From NCBI GenBank assembly GCA_965644315.1, contig CBFFRQ010000103.1, positions 1-18,264 on the forward strand: a stretch of DNA of 18,264 nucleotides. Direction: 5' to 3'. The position numbers were made by a program, and so were the translations under genes. Positions 13,301 to 18,264 of this stretch are shown piece after piece. The notes under the pieces are model-generated. The model saw only the letters and a list, made by a program, of their open reading frames with translations. It had not been told where the DNA came from and made no database searches. Position 1 is the first letter of the stretch, and each line of letters begins with the position of its first letter. This DNA comes from Caecitellus pseudoparvulus (Eukaryota > Protista > Bigyra: Bicosoecida).

Positions 13301-16300
13301 TTGCAGGATAAACGACCGCGATTCCGTCTCCCAGCACCCTCGCATGCGCTTGCCCATCGCAGCCAAGTACAGCCGCGCCATGTTGTAGTCAGCCTTGTGC
13401 CCCGGCGCCCAAGTCAACGGGTCAATCCGCGTCGCCAGCTCAGCTTGCTCGTCATACGAAACACCAAATCCCCCTCCAGGTGGGCCGTATGCACGAGGGA
13501 TATAGCCCCACCCTGGCTGCACGATCTCTCCTGCCATCATGGCGCCTTGGTGTGGCGCCGCAGTGCTGTTCACGGTGCCGTTGGGCAGCAACGAGAAGAT
13601 GCCCATGCCTGGCAACATCATGAGCACATCCAAGGCTCCGTTGCCATCTGGATCACCCAGTGGCAGTGCAGTGGCGAGTCCCGGATGCGGAGCTGACCCG
13701 TTCAAGCCAGTCATCAGCACAGCTGAGCTGGAGCCGTTCACAACAGCGTGAGACGGCACAGCGCCTGGCATACCTTCCTGCACACACGTTACAGGGCGCG
13801 AAAACACAGATGTCGGCACCTTGAACTGGCTGTCCAAGTGCAGCAGACAGTACTGGGCCGACACTGAGGTTGGAGTGCGAACAGCCTCCTGCAAGTCACT
13901 GCCAGCGTGTGGCAACGCAGCAGTGCCGCTTGTCGTGATGAGCAAGTCTGGTGTGCCGTCCTGAGCAAAGCTCGGTGCCGCTGCAAGTCGCAACATGCGG
14001 GCTGGGAAGCCTGCTCCAGGCGAGGGTGCCATGGCTGGGGAGAAGATGCGGTGCCAGGTCTGCACTTGGGCAAGGGATGAGCTCGTGACGAACGACAGGG
14101 ACAGGATGTAGATGGCCCCTGATCCAATGCCACACGAGACCCCAGCACAGACTTGCGTCTCATCTGGCGCCAGCACAGCAATGGTGCTTCCCCCCAGCCA
14201 CTCCACTGACGCGCCGAAGCGAGTCAAGCCATCTGGCGCAGACGAACAGACGGCTGGAGAACCTGGCCAACTCAAGCTCATCCAGTGCGAATTACTGGCG
14301 CTCACAAATGCAAGTGCGCCGAATGGTGTGAAGGATACTTCTGATGGCGATGCAACAACAGCAACTTCGGTTTGCTTCATGTTGTCCCAGTGAGGTGTGC
14401 GGATGACTGCCATGGAGTGCGCGATGGGGCCGATATACGGCTCAATGCTCGTGAACATCTCAGGGGACATCACAGTCATTCCCCCAGAAGGGTGGTGAGA
14501 AGGCTGCACCTCGAAGCCAGTGACAGGAATGGAAACCAAGGCCCCCTTTTGGGTGGAGTTCACCAGCTGTGTTTCTGGGGCAGCGACAATCAGCCTCCCC
14601 GATCCTCGCGGCCTGGTCCACGTAACCCCGTCATTCTGCTGAGCGCGCAAAAAGACCATGCAGCGACCAAACCCCCGAAGCATGCCAAGCTTCACTCCAG
14701 ACAAAGGCCCTGTGCCCACTGCAGTCTGGTTCACTGCCACCATGTGCGACGCGATCACTTGGCGCGCAGTCGCATCGTACGCCACCTGCAGCAGGCCCAC
14801 TGTGCCAGAACTTGCTTCGCCAACCTGCTCCACACCAATCAACAGGATGCGGATGCCCTTCTTGTGCCATTCTCCCGCGTGTCCCTCCTTCCACGGCAGA
14901 TTGTCGGTGTTAGAGGGAACTCCGTCACCCTGAGGCTCCAGCCAAGATGGCCAAGGCGCCTCGGTCAAGAACGGCAGCGCAAGCACACTGGAGCCAAATA
15001 CTGCCTCCTCAGCGTACTCCCAGCGATCGTGAAGTGGCAGCGCATCAGAGTTGCTGGTGTTGGGAAGGAGAGCCTCCTCCACGGCAGGTGAAAAGAATGT
15101 GGGGGTTGTGAGCAGTACAGCTGGCCCTTGCACTTCGTCACCTCCCAGCTGTGACGCCAGTGTTGGTGCGGGCGGGAAACGCAAGGCTGTGAAGAGGATG
15201 GACTCGGCAAACTCAGGTACACTGTCGGGATCAACTGTTGACGCGGAAGGACAGTAGCCGGGGGTTGACAAAGTTGTGGAAACTGAATATGAAGGGTAGA
15301 AGGACCCACACTGCCGACTGGGTCGCTCCTCGCTCCACAGCACACCTGGCAAGCTGATGGCCAGCTGCAGCGCAGCATTCAGCTGTGGCGGCTCCGCCTC
15401 CCGCCCAGCAAGAGCAGGTGCCGCTTCATCCCTCGTCCACGCCGCCACCATGCCAGCTGCCCAGGTCTGCCACGCGCCTGGAGTTGACCCTTCACGAAGG
15501 CCCTGCAGTGCAGATGGCACAGTGTCCCCCAAAGTCGCGTTGGGGCGCCACAGCACGCCTTCGAGGCCCAGGCTGAAATACTCCCCACTGGGCCGGAACG
15601 CATCATCCAACGGCACCAGCAGCGCAGTGGGTGGCGCGCCAATGAGTAAGTCCATCGTGCCATCGCCGTTCGCAGGCGGAACAGCAGCCAAGGACATGCC
15701 CAGTCCGTTGCGAATTTGAGGGTTCTCATCCGCCTTGGCCAGCTGCAAGTCATGAAAGGCACCATTATCAATCAAGTGCAGCCGTGTCGGCATGCCAGTG
15801 GGACTCAGCGTCAGCAACACGACTGTTCCGTCCAGACTGCGCATGGCACGATCCGCGTTGCGGCGGCCTGGAGCACCAATGGCCAGCACGCCTCGCCCCA
15901 AGTACGCCAGACTCAGCCCGAACCAATCATCGTGGTGCTCGTTGTACTGCCGATCGAATGTCGTGCCGTCTGGTCTGCGGGGTGGTTCTTCGCCCCAGTG
16001 TTCGGCCTGGGGGTTGAAGGGGCTGTACTGGTGTCCTCCGCCTTCCACAAGGTTGTGCAGGTGTGTCACGTTGCGGGCGTGGCCGTACTGGTCCAGGAGC
16101 ACCACCAGCACCTCAGGGCCCCGAGCAAACGGCACCCGCAGCCAGGTGTGCCGTGTCGTGCGTGCGCCAATGGCGAGGTCAGGCACGCCGTCCGAGTTCA
16201 GGTCGCGCAGCCCCACGACGCTGTGGCCCAGACGAGCTTGTCCGATGTAAGCGCTGGGCCGCAGGCCAGGCACAGTCTTGCGGTCTAGGACAGTGTAACG

Positions 16301-17200
16301 CAGTACACGTGGCCCTGCACTCATGAACAGGACGAACACCCGCCCACCGCTGGCGTCCTTCCCGAACACATCCCCTGGTGCACCCACCGCCACGTCCGGC
16401 CATCCGTTGCTGTCCACATCCCCCAACACAGCCACTGACGCGCCGAACGCAGGTTTGTAGCTGGTGCCTCCCAGTTCGGAGATGTTGGCACTGCCAGCTG
16501 TGGAGGTCAGGGACACGATGGTGACGTTGGACACCGCCAAGTCATCTCCAGCTTGCCACAAGCGCTCAGCCGGTACGCCTCGTGGACCGCCCATTGCCGA
16601 GAGGAAGAGCACGCCACCCACTTGCCGCCCCCCCACAGCAAGCAGGGGCGCACCCAGGATCCAGTCCCGGGCCCCGTCGCCGTCGTAGTCTGCCCCCAGG
16701 TCCATGGCGCTGCCCAGTCCTGTGATGGCCATGCTGGCGTTGATGGCGGCAGCAGCCGCCAGCAGCGCAGGATGCGAGGCGTTGATGGCGTTGACGTCGT
16801 GGTCCAGGATGACGTCAACATCTTCAAACGGCAAGTCTGTAAGGGGCGGGGCGTGGTGTTTTGCGCGAGTGCGGGCCATGGGAATCTGCTTGGGGTAATT
16901 CAACCCGATCACCAAGCCGCACCTTTGCCCAAGTGTGCAGGCGCCTGAAACAGCGCTCGGCGCAGTGGAGGCGTGGAAGTGGCGGCTTCAGGTGATAGTT
17001 TCACGTGTGTTGGAGGCAGAACACGCTCGCCCTGCGGATCAGCGCGGGGGGGGGCAAGGGTAAGCCAGAGCTTGTGTGTGGTGGCTGGCTGGCCTCGCAT
17101 CCTGCATCGAGCGCAGAGCACACACCTTTCCATGCTGCTCCACGACGATGCCTCGAGCGGCAGCGAGAAAACAAGCCAGGTAAATGTGCTTCCACCGCAT
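4349..17200 (-). CDS. Giant (~4,223 aa) cell-surface protein: signal peptide, multiple FG-GAP/integrin-alpha-like propellers, S/T/P stalk, Ig-like segments, Cys-rich repeats, multi-pass TM domain. Predicted exons 17200-17126, 17031-16923, 16836-4349
   Basis: There is a stop-free 12.5-kb frame with FG...GAP blades and DxD/NxDG loops (DYDGDGARD, DVDSNGWPD, DLNSDGVPD, DPDGNGALD, DFDGDGVAE, DLEGDGTVD) and many N-x-S/T sequons. Two GT-AG introns link it in frame to MRWKHIYLACFLAAARG, a signal-peptide-like start. The body of the gene is well supported; the 5' exon model is a manual prediction. Confidence 0.85.
4770..6460 (-). other. Multi-pass transmembrane region (~9-10 hydrophobic segments) of the giant protein
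   Basis: Hydrophobic segments include ALLAATTFMSLVLLGLLLCAW, FVALWLLVLHLQ, LPVLGLLAGCIVAGVVVAC, AGLLAVLWGVVPLVVLW, WWYSLVWLGQCLALALAAA, YMAGAVCAVCMAANLWLQP and VVVAGVNCGFWVPVLGLLLVLA. A Ser/Arg-rich tail follows (4349-~4770). Confidence 0.8.
6474..7033 (-). repeat. Cys-rich EGF/GCC2-GCC3-like repeats next to the membrane
   Basis: CGPNQ...CECTAGY, CAPCGAG, CQRCGDGTFS...CTACPEGAVC, CPNPLAC, CAAGHEGDLCGVCADSY...CVPC. Confidence 0.8.
8991..9448 (-). repeat. Low-complexity Ser/Thr/Pro mucin-like stalk (~150 aa)
   Basis: SPSPSSTTTPSTSNTATASVSGTPSNTPSSTNSPTSTVSPS... with degenerate TPS/SPS units. It is not an exact DNA tandem repeat. Confidence 0.85.
9620..16720 (-). repeat. FG-GAP blade array (about 16-18 recognisable blades in three clusters)
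   Basis: The pattern (F/L)G-x-(S/A)-(V/M/L)...D-hydrophobic-GAP...G-x-V-aromatic recurs in clusters at ~16720-15610, ~15000-13600 and ~12505-9620. Confidence 0.75.
16837..16922 (-). other. Predicted intron 2 of the giant gene (86 nt, phase 1)
   Basis: AAG|GTGCGG donor and CCCCGCCCCTTACAG acceptor. Splicing joins ...AHLGK-D-LPFEDVDV in frame. Confidence 0.7.
17032..17125 (-). other. Predicted intron 1 of the giant gene (94 nt, phase 0)
   Basis: AAG|GTGTGT donor, a C-rich tract, a branch-like CTGAT and a CCGCAG acceptor. Splicing joins ...EQHGK-GERVLPP in frame. Confidence 0.7.
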
Positions 17201-18264
17201 GGCATGGGCGCTTCCTGATCACAGTCCTCGCGGCGAAGCTGGGCGGAGTGTGCTGCCGCCGCCGCTGAAACCCCGCAAGAAGCGACGCTAGCTATGCCAG
17301 CTGTGTCCCCTTCGGAGGCCTACCGTGACACAGAGGCAAGAGAAAGTATCAAAGGTAGTCATCTGCATACAGCTCTCGGATTTCTTCCTACCACGTGCGT
17401 TTTGAGTGTGTCCTGGATGCCCCGAGTGCAAGGTGCACGCACCAACACGGCGTTGCTGCTGCGCCTTGCTCTTGCAAGCGTCGAGTGAGAAACACTCATT
17501 CCAGCTGCACCTCGTCCGAAGCTATCCACTAGATCCCTTTGTTGCATGCTTCTTGATGCGAGAAAGGAGGAAGGCCACCATGGAAGCGATCGAGTGTCTG
17601 CGCCTGGAGCTGAATGTGCTTCCGCCGCTGCCGCTGCTTGTCGAACTTGCCGCCGTCGCTCCGGCAGTGTCGGAAAGGGAGCATCCCCGACCAAAGCATG
17701 CACACCCACAAGCAAGATGAACATGCATTGAGTTCGTCACCGGAAGCTGGGGCCGAGTGATGCAGGTTGCATAGCTAGGCGGCTGCGCTCGTCGCACACG
17801 CACACGATTGTGCTCGGCTTCTGCGAAGCGGCGGCGGCATTGCGTTGGAGCGGCTTTCCGTGCACTGGCCCTTGCGCCCGCGAGAGTTGGCGGCCAGGGC
17901 ACACCCCGCAAGCACTCCCAGCACATTCCCCGCGTTGCCCAAGGACTGTTCTCGCAAATCACCTCTGCATTTTAGCATGTGCCCCGCTTCACTGCCACAA
18001 AAAGGATGCTGGGGTGTGCTTTGCGTTTGATAGTTGGCATGTGCCTACCAAGCGGCAGCACGGCGCACAGGAGGTCACTTTCACTTGCAAGGGGTTAATC
18101 GCAAGCAGGTGCTTTGTCGGAAGCCGGCTAGCGGCTGCCAAGGAAGGTGGTGCGCCACTCCTCGCTGTTCACGTCAAGAGTGCATCCCCAAGCAACAAGC
18201 GCGAAGTCAATCATAAGAGTCAGATGCATGAGTACTCTTTCCTTTTGGGGCAAGCCATGGACCT

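Noticed and set aside
16844-16879. MARTRAKHHAPP near the start of the 4188-aa ORF looks like a histone H3/CenH3 tail mimic
   Set aside because: It falls inside predicted intron 2 (16837-16922), and starting there would leave a surface protein without a signal peptide. It is probably coincidental.
17183-17628. 16-nt near-repeat AATGTGCTTCC(A/G)CCGC at 17183-17198 and 17613-17628
   Set aside because: The similarity does not extend convincingly and is too short to call a duplication.
17359-17724. 121-aa minus ORF starting MFILLVGVHALVG as an alternative first exon or small secreted protein
   Set aside because: A splice path is conceivable (17442 donor, 17320 acceptor), but it needs read-through of the well-formed intron 17032-17125. 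The ATG-17200 model is simpler and has a better signal peptide. It is not excluded without RNA data.
17725-18264. Short ORFs at the right end
   Set aside because: They have no recognisable domains or consistent coding signal; treated as intergenic or unresolved.

Overview
GC-rich, gene-dense eukaryotic DNA, probably from a stramenopile-like protist (inferred from the H3 residues FQGSAVL...GERS and short GT-AG introns). There are four genes. (1) A spliced ~922-aa + strand gene (97-334, 405-2935) with an N-terminal MGGCLS acylation motif, a transglutaminase-like core, an EF-hand pair and two putative NTF2-like domains. (2, 3) A divergent, intronless histone H4 (-) / H3 (+) pair. They share a mirror-symmetric 313-bp promoter and near-identical 3' stem-loops, and each has a second related hairpin. 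(4) A giant ~4,223-aa - strand surface protein (exons 17200-17126, 17031-16923, 16836-4349): signal peptide, about three integrin-alpha-like FG-GAP propeller units, a Ser/Thr/Pro stalk, Ig-like segments, Cys-rich repeats and a ~9-10 TM C-terminal module. The ORF track misplaces the starts of genes 1 and 4 and overextends H4. I could not assign a gene to 17201-18264. All domain calls are by eye; no searches were run.
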